From Bugula neritina (lineage: Eukaryota; Animalia; Bryozoa): a DNA stretch of 64,000 bases. This document shows positions 47,301 to 61,378 of this stretch, piece after piece (positions within the stretch are counted from its first letter, which is position 1; each line of letters begins with the position of its first letter). A program made the position numbers and the translations under genes. The notes under the pieces were generated by a model. That model was not told the DNA's origin. It saw nothing but the letters and a program-made list of their open reading frames with translations, and did no database searches. The DNA is taken from positions 5,303,190 to 5,367,189 of the forward strand of contig OZ037771.1 of assembly GCA_964035545.1 (NCBI GenBank), read 5' to 3'.

Positions 47301-50300
47301 CTATACAACAGTAAACGTGTACAATACTTATTAAATTTTTTGAATTAAGCTAAGAAGTTTAGAACTGGTTGAAAGACAAAATTCATTTTAAATGCCAAAT
47401 ATTTGATCGAGATTCATAGCAAATTATGTAAGTGAAATGTGCAGAAAAGAAATCATAGGATATAAGTTGGCATTCAAATGTGGTAGGAACTATTTTTTGC
47501 ACTAGACTATTATAATATTGTAATATAGTATTATGATATGTGTAGTATACTATGATGATTATTATGATTAACTGTCTGGAAATATACAGGTAATCATCAT
47601 CTGCCAACTTTTAAGTTTAATGAAGCAATATCAGTGGAATAGTATTTATTTACTCTTACATAAAATAAATTTAATATAGCTGAATGTTTTACAAAAATTA
47701 TCAAACATATCCTATGCAATTGAAAAAAATCAACGTTCGTAGCAATTTCAAATTGTTTAGTTTATGAGTACCTATAATATTATATTTTGAAAAGCCATTT
47801 ATATTACAGAATATTTTCGTTGCTTACTTTGAGTCACTGGTATTTTGGTAAACTTGTGGCTTAAAGTGCGATGTGTCAGAGTGTTTGTTGAAGGAAGGCT
47901 CTCCTGAACGTAGAATAAACATATACTCAGCCTGTTGTACTGCCCCTGCATCCAGTTTAGGTATTCTTGCAGTAAGCTAAATTAACGTCAGCAATATTAA
48001 TACAAGATCATTATTGCAACTTGACAGCATCAGCTCTAAAAGGTTTCAAGTTACACAATCTAGGGCTATATGACAGGTTTAGTACTGTGGTGGTACACCA
48101 AGGCTATACAACACGTTTAATACTGTAGCAGCACACTAGGGCACTACACTTACAGATAGGGTGTAGTGGAATCCTGGCTTCAACTCTACTACTCTGTAAT
48201 GCTTTCCTGAAGTAGTTTCAGTAAAGTTTATTTCTTTTCTATAGCTTTCATTATACTTTACATTGAGGCCTTTAAATACAAAAGAGAAAATCTACATAGT
48301 ACAACATACATAGTGGCAACAAGCACTGTATTAACACTGTCAAAGTATATGCGACTACTGTTGCAGTGCATTATTCAGTTACTGTGTTTGTTATGCCACA
48401 AATTAGTGATAGGTTTGTTGTTGTGTAGAGTTTCCATGTATTATTGCTTTAAAATAATATAATTACAAATAACAGTTGACTAAAAATATTGTATTACATT
48501 ATCATATATTTTGTGATATATTATATGTTGTATTGTATTATTAATATTACATTTTGTAATACATAATTATATTATGTTATATAATATGTTCATGTAAGAA
48601 ACTCTCACCTGTGAAGTCAGCTGCAAAATTTGTAGGATACTCTATGGGCGTGGCTTCCTTTATAAATTCCAACTGCACTTTAGTGGTGTTCAGAATCTCA
48701 ACTTTGAGATGATACTATCATATAACAGTTTAAAGTTTTAATTAGAATATTATTTGTATAGCAAATGCTTTATAGCAAATACTTCATAGTAAATGCAGTA
48801 TAGAATGATAAAAAGAGGATTTCAACTAAGTTGTAATGTGGCATAAAATATGTTTCTAAATAGAAAAAACAATAAAAAAAACTTTAAAGTGAAAGAGATT
48901 TTTCAAATTAAAATAATAGAGTCGAAACTCAGTAAATTCCTTACAAATATCGGAACTTGTGAGCAGACAGGATTGATGGAGCCGTTCCAGTGACCATCAC
49001 TACCGCATCTGATGACGTGTCTGACTTGGTCTGGATTATGCTCTAAACCGTACCTCGGCAAACAGGTGTATTCTACCTACATTGGATGTACACTTTACCT
49101 ACATGTACATGATGTATGTACAATATATATACTCTATCTACACAAGATATAAACTTTACCTGCATAGGATATACACTCTGCCTGCGTGAGGCATGTACAA
49201 TGTACGTACACTACCTACATGGTGTAAATACTGCGCATGTACTCTACCTATATGAGATATATATTTTACCTGCATAGGGTATAGACTTTACCTACATAAG
49301 GTATGTACAATATTTGTACTCTATCTACATGGGGTATGTAGAGCTGTCTATATTATCAAGTTAATAGATTTCTATAGTTTATAGTAATGTATTACATATA
49401 TTTGCATAGAAACATTAGGTATAACAGCAAAATTAAAACAATGTTACCATGTTTAAACATTCTTTTCTATACATTCCTTTAAAATAATAAAAACGTCTAT
49501 TTTATTCATTATCACAGCATAACATTTTACATGGCAGTTTTCTGAATGCTGGATATGCTTTTATTCATAGCAACTGGCAGGTAAAATAAAGAAAACAAAT
49601 ATTCAAAGTGAAGCCTAACTTACAATAGAACCATAACCATAGTCATTTGTGTCATTCTTAATGGCTTGGATGCCTGGTCCTGGCTTTTCACACAAAATTC
49701 CTAGAGAAGAAATATTAACTCATCAACCATCTTCCAGCACCCTTCGAAAGTCAACGTACTGGTTGAAGGCTTGCTTGTCAAACAATAAGGTTATGTCATC
49801 ATCAAATTAAACCTGTTTACTTGGCTGGAAATTTTATAGCAATCCATCAAGAAAGTTTTGTAATCTTAAAAGTCTAGCAATTATAATACTTGAATAAAAA
49901 TTCGAGCATGTTGTGAAGGTTTAGGTAATGTCAAAACAAGAAATTTTAACATTTGCTACAAAAGCATTTATTATAACTTATTTAATAAACACTTACGCTC
50001 ACAATTTACTGCTGAACGATCCCAAGTCCCATTGGCTGCGCAATTTGCCGAAACAGTAGGGGAGAAAGTCAGGTTGTCGTGGTAACCGTACGGGCAAAGG
50101 TAAACAACTTTGGAGCCAAAGGAAAATTCACTACCAGTTCTTCTAAGCACATTTGTCCCTGGTACTGGTACACCACAGTGAATAGCTGTAAGGTAAATCA
50201 GCGTATTTAAAATATGCTGTAGCTTTTTGTACTAAATAGAAGACAAAATAAAGAAATCTAGCTGCAAGTTTTATGTATTCATTTTATTCAAAAACATCTC

Positions 50301-53300
50301 TGCAGAGAAAGTTTGTACTAATTACTTTAAATGGTGTAAGAAATTGAACACTAGCCAATGCATGTTTGACGTCAAACCTTCAGTCAGTTCTCACCAACCA
50401 AAGCTGGTTGGTAAGATACTGCACAGCAAAACATTTTGCTGGACAGTTTTTTGAAAACTGGATATAATTGCTTTAACAAAGCTCTAATAAAAAAAAACAA
50501 TGAAAAATTTATTTTTGTGCAGAAATATAATATTCATATTTAATTTTTTTATTTTTGCTGATGATACCAGTGATATAACACATAGTCAGCAATCTAGCTT
50601 CAAAACCATAAATATTTATTGAAAATAAACATATCTCCTAGATACTCTATGAATCACCTATTTGTCTCAAGGCTAGTATGAATGATAATCTGATCACCTA
50701 CTGACTAAACTTTGCAGTAAAACAAAATTGAAGTTCATTCTCAGTTCAAAAAAATTCAAAACGAAGTATTATAAAACTTTAAGATTGTCTGAGAGAAACA
50801 ATATTTCAAATTATAATTCAAGTCACTGTAACAAAAGTAAAGCAGTAAAATACTGAAGCTAGTTGGTAGCCAGTCCATTATGCCTTAATTTAGCTGAGGT
50901 AGATGCAAAATAGTGTAAGTATAAGTAGATAAACATTTTCAATTCTAAGTATAATCGACGTGTATATTAAATACAAATATACATGTAAAATTAGTATTAT
51001 TATATTTAGGTTACCATACATTTTGTGCTTCGTTTAAATAAGTCTTTAGCCCATTTTAACAAAAACTCTTTTCATCAGGGGTTTCTCACAGAGATAGCAA
51101 CTATAAACTTGCGTGAGTTTTTTTTAGGTTACCATAAATGTAAAGTATTAAAGCAAGTCACTACAAAAAATATAAGTACATTTAATGGGAGTATTATGAT
51201 ACTAAATAGAATGTTAGAGTTAGTAATATATACTCATCTACCTACGCTGACAAGGTGGTACAGGGTCAGGGCTGAATATGTGGTTGTCTGAACACACTGT
51301 CGTCTGCACAATTCCTCTAGTACTCTGATTCGCCACATACCCCTCATCACACCACACCTCTATGACATCATCTTTGTACACTGGCAGAGGATGTACCACT
51401 GCGGCATGTGTTGTTATAGGGGGCTGCTCACATATAGACTCTGATAGAATAGATATTCACCAAACTTCAAATCAGACATAAAATGCCGAGTAGTTCACAG
51501 CAATAGAAAAAATAGGCTCTTTTTCATTAGATATATAGTATAGTTATGCTCAAAATGGTTCATTTGTTGAGTTCAAGTTTTCAATTACGAGTCAAACGTT
51601 TTGGTCAAAGACTACTTCAGTTTTTGTATTCTGTTTATGATTATTCTGTAAACTTTAGACTCAGATATGTTGCACTTACCTCACTGGACATTAGTGAGTG
51701 TATAAGAGAAATAGACATTTTTGACAAAGTTCAAACAATAACTATTGGAAAAGAAACCAAATAAAAGTGCTTAGATTTGTAAAGTAGCATGTTGCTGCAG
51801 ACAATTCTTGTAATCATGCAGACTAGCATCAAGTTTGATCAACAAGTCTTGAGCTGTGTTTATCAAATGTGTGAATAGCTTCAGAATATCAAATTAATAC
51901 AAAAGTTTAGTTGAGTGGCCACTGGAGAGACAGTTATACTTACTGTGGCATTCAGGAGGCTCCGCAGACCATTTACCTTTTGATCCACAAGTTATTCTCC
52001 TGAAAGACCTGTAACCTATCTCATACTCTGACTTGCAGTTGAACAGAAGCGAGTCTCCAATAAAATACCCTGTAGCTTTAGGCTTCACAAACGAGCTCTG
52101 TATGTAGATGGGTGGTTGAGTGTTTGCCCCAAGTCCAGGGTCTGGACACTCCACAGCTAGTGAAACAATGGTTTAACTATAAACTTTCAAGTATGCTTAT
52201 GCTGAAATTTCGATATATTTCTTATCATCAAACTCAAACGCAAATTGAAAAATTTATTATTTTGTTATTTACAATATACATTTGGTACGTAATTGTTGCT
52301 CTTTTCACCGCCATGTCCTGATCAGGTGGCAGGTGCAATAGGCATTTGGTATCCCTAACACTTATTTCAAATGTAATTCTTATAAAACTGGCTGATCATG
52401 AAGTACTATTGAACCCAATCTAGCTGGATTGATCAAGCTCTATAAATCACACACACATATTAATATGAAAGTAAATGGTAACAAACCAGAGCAATTAACA
52501 GGTACAGGTGAGCTCCATTGCCCTGAGGCTAAACATTCTACTGGTAGCTGTGTGTTAGTAGAACCTTTTATGATAAAGCCTTCATGGCATACATAAATGG
52601 CGATGTCCTCATAGTGGTAGGTTCCATTGTGAACTAGTGTGATGAGAGTTGAGTATAAACCTTGAACTAGGCTCTTACACAGCACACCTGGTAAACAGTT
52701 GTAGATTCATGTCTCAGAATTGCAAAGGAGGTATCGGTATGCCTTATTAGTTTCTATATTAACTAGCTGTGGCATATATCTGTTGTAAACAAAGCTGAAT
52801 TGAATAGATGCTGCGGCATGGGGTTGAGGCCTATCCTTATCAAACAGTCCGATAAAATTTAAACCAGATATTCGCATTATGTTCTGTTCATTTTATCCTC
52901 TACAACTAGTATTCAATAAAAAAGACACTCACGAACACAATGTGGTGGATTGTCACTCCAAGTTCCATTGCTGCTGCATGTAATGTTTCTAAAAGTTTTG
53001 CTATTAGTCATTTTGTAGCCTTCAAGACATCTATAAGACAATGTTGTCCCAATTTGTATGTAATCAGCTGGATCAATTCTCATTGCATTTTCTCCATACC
53101 CTGAAATGAATATTCCAATTATTATTGGTAAAACTGCATAGATGACAACATATATTCTTAAGAAATGTGTTCTAAGCAAGTATAGGCACGCATAAAGTTT
53201 CTGTATAACATGAAACAAAAGTCTGATAAGTATAAAATATTTGCTGGTTCTAAACATCTAGAAAATAAAAAACTGCAAAAGAAAAAACATGTTCACAATC

Positions 53301-56300
53301 ATTTAAAATATAAATATCAACTATCAATTGTAATAAGAATTACATATGCGAATATCATTTTTATTGACTTTTTGATAAGTTGCTACCAACTCAACAACTG
53401 TAATAGTTACCAGGATCAGCACAGCACACCCTTGTCTCTACCGAATCTCCTGCGCAGTTTCTTGAACACACGGGTTTGGGGTTGTCACATTGTCTGGTAC
53501 GCCGCTGAGACTTTGAGACGTCACAGGCTGACCATTCTGTCCACTCTGACCAACCACCTGCAACAGAGTTTGTGCTGCAGAGTTCAGCTCTTATATATGA
53601 ATTGTTTCATGCTGCAAAATATTTTCAACAGTCTGTATTTGGACAACTGTTTGCAAGTAGTACTTCCAATCAAGTTATTAAAAATTTTTTGAACCAGTAT
53701 TGACCTTATGTATCTATACGACATTATTGAAACGTTTTCAAAGTGCCCGTTTTTCAAATGACGCTTTCAAATGTCAAATCAATAAGTCACTTTACAACAA
53801 TCGGCTTGTAATACAAGTGCTAGCCTTGCATGCTGAAATGACAATGTGGTATAGGTATACACCGTCTTTCTCTAAATGGAAAAATCTCATCCCTATCATG
53901 GTAATCTTGAAAACTAGAGCAATTTCCTAAAGTCTCTCCATGTTAATGTTTGCTTACCAACTGTTATAGTAAATTCACTTGTTTGGCAAAAAAAACTGTG
54001 CTTAGCAGTACAGCTGATGAGCTCCCATCTAACTGGTGTAATGAGTATACACTGTCCAGGACTTGGTTTCACAGCTTGCCCCTTCCAGTTTTCAAAGTTC
54101 AGCTCTTTGCCGTTCCGCCAACTCAAACCACCAGCTGCAGTTCAGATTAATTAGTAGATGGATAAATTCTTAGTCAAAGAAGTTAATAGTTATTAGCTAC
54201 TAGTTACTAGCTTATGTAAAAGAGAATATACACATTAATTACAAAATTTTATGCTAAACATAGGCATAACAGTGCACCTCTAACCCCAAACCCAAATTTC
54301 TACCCCATATCCACAATCACCCACTCCAATTTCGAAAATTTGCCACTTTTACCTACTTTTCATTTATTTGTGCCATTATCATTGGTGCCATTATTACTTG
54401 TGCCATTATTACCTGTGCCATTTTTACCGGACATCGTGTAGGCTATTGGAAACCTTAATTTTTTTAAATTATTTAGAAAAGTATTTTAATTGACTAGAAT
54501 AGATAGTATTGTCTTTGTGAGAATGAGCAATGTGAGTGCTCTTTAACCAAGTCTTTACTCGGTTACATAAATATAAAAACAGAACTGAATGCTATCCATG
54601 TCAAATTAACAATGGTTCTGTAAAGACTCCAACTCTTGACCCAGATCGCACACATGATGCAGCGCTGTAACCAGCAGTTCTGGCAAACACATAGCTAAAT
54701 AACTGAGTACTATTAAGCCTGAGTAATGCTGAGTAATATTAAGGCATATAATACCAATGCTGAGTAATATTAAGGCATTCAATACCAACACTGAGTAATA
54801 TTAAGGCATTTAATACCAATTCATGAGTAATATCAAGGCATATAATACCAACACTGAGTAATATTAAGGCATATAATACCAATGCTGAGTAATATTAAGA
54901 CATATATAATACCAATGCTAAGTAATATCAAAACATATAATACCAATACTGAGTTTTGGTAAATTTTATACATACCAGAATACACTCCACCTGTCCAGAG
55001 ACTTCGGATGGTTTTGGTACTGTTCATGAACTCCTGAATGAACTTGTTTTCTTTCTTATTTGTAATGGAGATCAAGGAACCTTCTTGAGAGGGAAAAGGA
55101 AAAGTAATTTCAGGGTTTTGGTATTGCAATGCATTAAGGTACTCTTCAAAAGTCTTATATATGGTGGTGCTTTATAGGAAATTATAGCACAAATAACAAA
55201 TGCTACTAACTTTCAAATGGTAAGGCAAAGCGTTGTACTGATTCAATCAGTGCTAATATAATATATAACAAGAGTATAATTATGCTGCATATATTATGAT
55301 GATACTATGACCAGTCACGCGTGGGCAATTTTACTGATATTTTGTTACACTTGTGTCTACTAAATCTTAAGATAAATAATCGTAATAGGATGTTATAGTA
55401 AATATACAGCATGGTAATAATGTAGCGCATATTAGTGTAATGTGCTATACTGTAGTATAGTGTAGATTAGTTTAATATATGCCGCAATGAGTCTTTATCA
55501 TACAGGACTTGACTGCAGTGTGCTATACTATTCTTTAGTGTGCTACACTATTCTGTAGTGTGCTATACTATTCTTTAGTGTGCTATACTATTCTGTAGTG
55601 TGCTATACTGTAGTGTGCTATACTATTCTTTAGTGTGCTATACTATTCTTTAGTGGTCTATATCGTACCGGACTTTACTACATTATATATTATATCATAT
55701 ACATTATACCTAAATCAACACAAAACTCATCGCATAATATAAATCATATTACTGTCACATTACAAGCTGTTGGTCTAAACTTCTCTTAGTCTTAAGTTTA
55801 CTACAGTTTCACGATAAACTGGGCTCATAGTTTAGTTTGCAGGTAGCTTACCTTTCACTAAAGTCAAACACTGGTTGTTAGCATTGTCTGCTGTGTCCTT
55901 CACAGGGAAAAAAGCATAGCACCTGTCTGTTTGGTTACTATAAATCATCACGTGTTTGCCATCCTGCAGATATTATATGTATTAGCTGTAAACATAGTGC
56001 ACATATTTCCAACAAATGTATGGTAAACAAGTACATAGACTGCTAACAGAAATTTTATAGATTGCTAACAAGAAGTTTATAGAATACTAACCAGAAGTTT
56101 ATAGACAGCTAACAATGAGTTTATAGGTAACTAACAAGAAGTTTATAGAATACTAACAAAAAAGTTATAGAATGTGTCTCACTATCTTACAGGTTTACAC
56201 GGAGGGAGGGTGGAGGGTGGTGGTGACCAAGTGCTGTTTGTGAGACACTGTAGCTTGATGACGTCATCAGTTCTATGGGCACTGTATCCCAGAATGCACG

Positions 56301-59300
56301 TGGCTAGGACAATGCTGCCAGCTGCAAAGCGACTTGAAGAGACAGCGTGTATCAGTTGGTATGTGGGAGGTAGCTGTACAGGTTTGCAGTCAATCGCTGT
56401 AAAACATGGTTCAAATGTATCGGCATTGTCCCACAACTCTACCTTAATAAGTTATAGTTTCTAGTGTTGAGTTTACACAGTGGTCTTTGGAATTTAATAG
56501 TTAGCACGTCTGCTTGCAAGCTGAAGGTCTCAGATTTGAATTCCTACCCGATGCAATTGGTCACTTGATTCTCCTGATAAGGGATAAACGAACGAACACC
56601 AATTCACAAAACACTCTGCAGCTAGAGCTTAGCCCGGTAGGTTTACATTACATTCAGAACCTTAAATTAACATAACCGTTGATATTGTTATCTCTACATC
56701 AGTTGCATCATTTCATAATCAAGGCATTGGTATTGTGAATAAACTGTACTGTTTGGATTATTGCTGTAAACAGAATTATTTTATAATGCTATAAGTTTCT
56801 TTTTGCTACCATTAGCTTTCTTACTGTTTGCCTTTCTTATTATGTGTTGAAAGCCAAATTATATTGGTTTTTTATTCTATTTTCATTCAGGGACAACAGC
56901 TCTAACAAGATGGTGACTCACATCTTACTACTGTTTATATACATATTTACATATTATTGTTATTGGACTCTTTTGTTAGTGAATACTTAATCTCTCTCAG
57001 GTGGGTTAAAATTCCTAAGTTGAAATAATATTATTGTTGTGTATTTATTATATATTGCCAATTGTCTTTTCTAGTCTTTTGCTAACATGCATTTTCCATC
57101 TGTAAGACTAATATTAAAGTCAATTTTTAGTTTTTGATGAAACGCAAAGTCAGTAACAAAACCGATACTGTTTTACCAATACTGGTATTATGAATCACTC
57201 ACCCACTGAACAGCTGAGCTCGGACGATGTTAAAGACCAACCCACAGTTTTGTGAACTTTTGAATATTGGCAGGTAGCTTCCTTGAACCTCTCACCGTTA
57301 GCATGCATGTAACCTTCCTTGCAATAAATCTTCTGAGGGCTTACATCTTTAAAAGATAACACACAGATATGGCCAATTTTATTTATGATATGGTAGCAAT
57401 TCCTTGTGATATATACATGTTGACTCAAAAATAACTTAGATATATTTACACATATACCAAGTCAGCTTCCCAACTACAAAACTAATGAGCTATTCAGGAA
57501 ACATTGGCAATTTCTAATAAAATGGTTATAAAAAAAAGTTAAACTAGCAGTTTTTCTTATGAGTAAAAATAAACTTAAGCTAAATCTTCTTACACATGAC
57601 TTATTCAGGACATGAAAGCTTCTCGGCAAGTTTGAGAACATGGTGAAATAAGAAAGAATGGGTAAATATATGCACATGAAATACCACCTTAACGAGTTTC
57701 TGGCTAAATATTAATATGTTGAATTGAAAACAAAACATAATGGGTATCTAAGAGTCTCAACTAAATTGGAGACACTGGATAACATTTATAAATAAATCTG
57801 TCATTTAAGGAAGTTCCGAAAGTCTCAGAAAAAGTTATTATACTCAATGAAATAGAAAATAACTTCGTCATAAAAGAAAGCTCAGTCATAAGGGAAGGAG
57901 TGTAAAGGGTGTAGCGTAGTAGCTCAGTCAAAGAGGAAGGGGGTGCATCATAGTTTAGTCATAGGAGGAGGGGCACAGGAAATAGACTCACCAACGTCAA
58001 ACACAATGCTATCTCTTTCAACTGTTGGTGGAAGCTGCCACCTTGAGCAACAAGGATAACCTTTATCTTCTCTTAATCCCTCATGATCATTCACATACTC
58101 AATAACTTTAAACAGAAAAAGTAATGCAAATTTTATGAAGTTAAAAACCATAGGCATCAAACACAACGAGAAGTGATGAAATGCGGTGTTCTATTAGCTG
58201 TAACAGTTTATTGAGTAAACAAACTGGTAAATTATATGGTAATTTTATTAGCTAATAGAAATAATTTATGTTTATACAAAAATTTATAAATTGTAGCTGT
58301 ACAATTGTCATAATGATTATCCTGTCAAAATATTCATATGAACTACATAAATTCACTTTAACAGAGTATCTATGTTTAATGCTTAAGGTTAGATTCTATT
58401 TTACAGTAAAACAGGCAACAAGCATCAGGTCTAATTGTTTTGCTTAAAAATTTCTCTAAGCTAGCCATACATGAACAAAGAGAGGGCAACACATTATGCT
58501 CAAACCAATTAGTTATAACGTGGTGTAATTACATATGTTTTTAGTTTTTTCCAAAGTTTCAATTTCTTGAAGAGTTTTCTTTTTGCATATCTTTGGGTTG
58601 CAGGCATCTGGTCTAAGAATGCATCTTCTACGAATAACGACCATACGTCTTCTACCATCACAGCTTCCTGATTGCCAATCCGACCATTGCAGCTCAACTA
58701 CACAAAACATCAAGAATTTTAATTTGAATCTTTGTTGATCACGGTCTAGCAACATGACACAATTATCAGGTCAGCCAAATGTATTAATAGTGTATGAGTA
58801 GAAAACATGTCATAAACAACAGACAACTCCTGAACATTACACGCAAGTAAAAGAAACTATTTAAATGTTCAACACTTCTGCCAATTAGTTGATTCTGAGA
58901 AACTAACACGTAGTTTCAACTAAGTTTTTCTTATCATAAGCACTAGTGCTATATTTTCAGCATAATATAGAGCTGCTATACACAAAGTAAAATTGTTTAA
59001 GTGTTCAATTGATTTCAACATCAGCAGCATAGGCAAAAATTCACAATTATTACTCATTAAAAAGTTATATAATTATTTTTCAGCTAAATGTAAATTATGA
59101 AAATTTGACATATTCCTAATTGACCGACATAAAACGAAACAATACAAATAACATTTTATCAATACTTTTAAATATAAGTGAAAAGTGGAAGGAAGGTAGC
59201 TTTATAAAACATTGATAATAAAATAACAATGTTTCTAAATTGACAATCACAAGCTAAAGGTTTGCATGGCTCTGCACGATCAGTCATCATTGGTGATAAC

Positions 59301-61326
59301 ACTAAGATAGTTCAGAAATGATTATACTGGTGTATTTCATACTATGCATTTTTGTACAACCGAGATTTGACTAGACAGGTACAGGATGTTAGTTGTTGCC
59401 TTCCCCACTACCAGGTTAAGGTATTACCGAGTAACAAAGAAGCAAAACCTTAATTGCATTTCTACATACAAGTTGCAACCATATTGTAATTTAAAATACA
59501 AACCATCAGAATTCCGTGGCTTCTCGCACACAATGGCATGCTTCCTATTGCCATTTTCAGTAACAATTGAATTTGTTTTGAAGGAGTATACCAAATGTTG
59601 AGATGCTCTGGCAACCTCCCAATTAATTCTTTCTACCAGACCTGAATCAGAGAGAGCCGGCTCCTATAGAACAGACAGACAGAAACACAGAATAAGTCAT
59701 GGTGTGCAAACCGCCATGTCCTAAACATAGTTATAGCAAAATCAAGTATTAAAAACATGAATCTTTAGCATTTGAGTGGCATAGTTTCTGTGGGTGACAC
59801 GAAATTTCGAAAATGACATTTGGAAAACACTTATTTAGAAAACGGACAATTCACCAATAGACAATTGAAAAATAGACAATTATAAAATTGACCTTTGAAA
59901 AATAGACATTTGGAAAATGAAAAATATTAAACATGGACTAGTCTGGAGAGGGTGCTCTGCATTTGGTCGGGTCTAAAACAGCATTTTGTAAATATGTGCA
60001 ATTTAAAATTGAAACTGTTCAGTAAGTTATTTTACTTTCATGATAGGCCTAACTGATTCAGGCTTTATATTTATTGTTGAAAGCTATTTTGGACTTGGTC
60101 AAATTCTGACCGCCTCTCCAGATACTCCATGTTTAACATTATTCATTTTCCAAATGCCATTTTCCAAATGTCTATTTTCCAAATGTCCATTTTCCAAATG
60201 TCTATTTTCCAAATGTCCATTTTCCAAATGTCTATTTTCCAAATGTCCATTTTCCAAATGTCTATTTTCCACTTGTCTATTGGTGGACTGTTTGTCTTCC
60301 AAATAAGGGTTTTTCAATTGGCATTTTCCAATAGTCATGAATTCGTTTTTGTGAAGTTTTGGAAATGCATTGATGTTATGAGGTCACATGTTGCTATGAA
60401 TCTACTGCTACCATATAGTTGTGACACACTTTGTAGGCCTATTGTATTTCGAGCAATCTAAATTAATATAACTTCACTCACATTGAATTGAGAAGTAACC
60501 CAGCTAACTGTCTCTGTATTCTTGTTGGATACGACTATAAAAATATAAACATCTATTGTGTATATTATATTCATAGAGCAACTGGAAATTTATTCAGTAA
60601 TAATATCTATATAGTATTTAATAATTGTGTAGCTACACATGGTAATACCATTAAAAATAAAAACAATAAGTGTAGTCAACAAAGTTTTAGTTTTGAGGAG
60701 ATAATTTCAAGTTTGAGTCATACAATTATTTTATAAAAATAATAGCTTACTATCAACTATATACATGTATTGCATTGTAGTTCATGTTAACGTTTTTTAT
60801 TATATATTTTCATAAACAGAATAGCCGGCAGATTTGAAAAAAAGTCCTTTTAGGGACACTAACCACCACTAGTCCAAACTGGCTCAGTCATATACTCAGA
60901 TAGAAAGCTGGTAAGAGTTCTCTCTTCTTCCACGGTTTCAAATGCAACTAGATAACCGCCACCATTCATAAAGCATGAAAAATTTGCTCCTTTAAAGTTG
61001 GTCAGTTGACTCTTTGGCCCCCAAGTGTAGCAGCTACATTTATGTAAACATAAATATTGAGTGCCTACAAAGGATGGGCAACACTCATTCAAAATGTTTT
61101 AGTTTATACTTGTATTCACTAATTTTTAAAGACAAACAAGTCTAAAAGTCTAAAAGTATACTTAATGGTACTTTATGCGTGTTTTTACAAAACTTTTTAT
61201 AAAACATCCAGAATAAATATACATTGAAAAAGTAAAAGCAAGCATAAGCCAATCAAGCCTGTAATGTATATTTTAGTTACTCACATACAATTTGTAATTG
61301 AAGACTTCACTCTCTCCATATAAACA

Positions 61327-61378
<52 letters not shown>

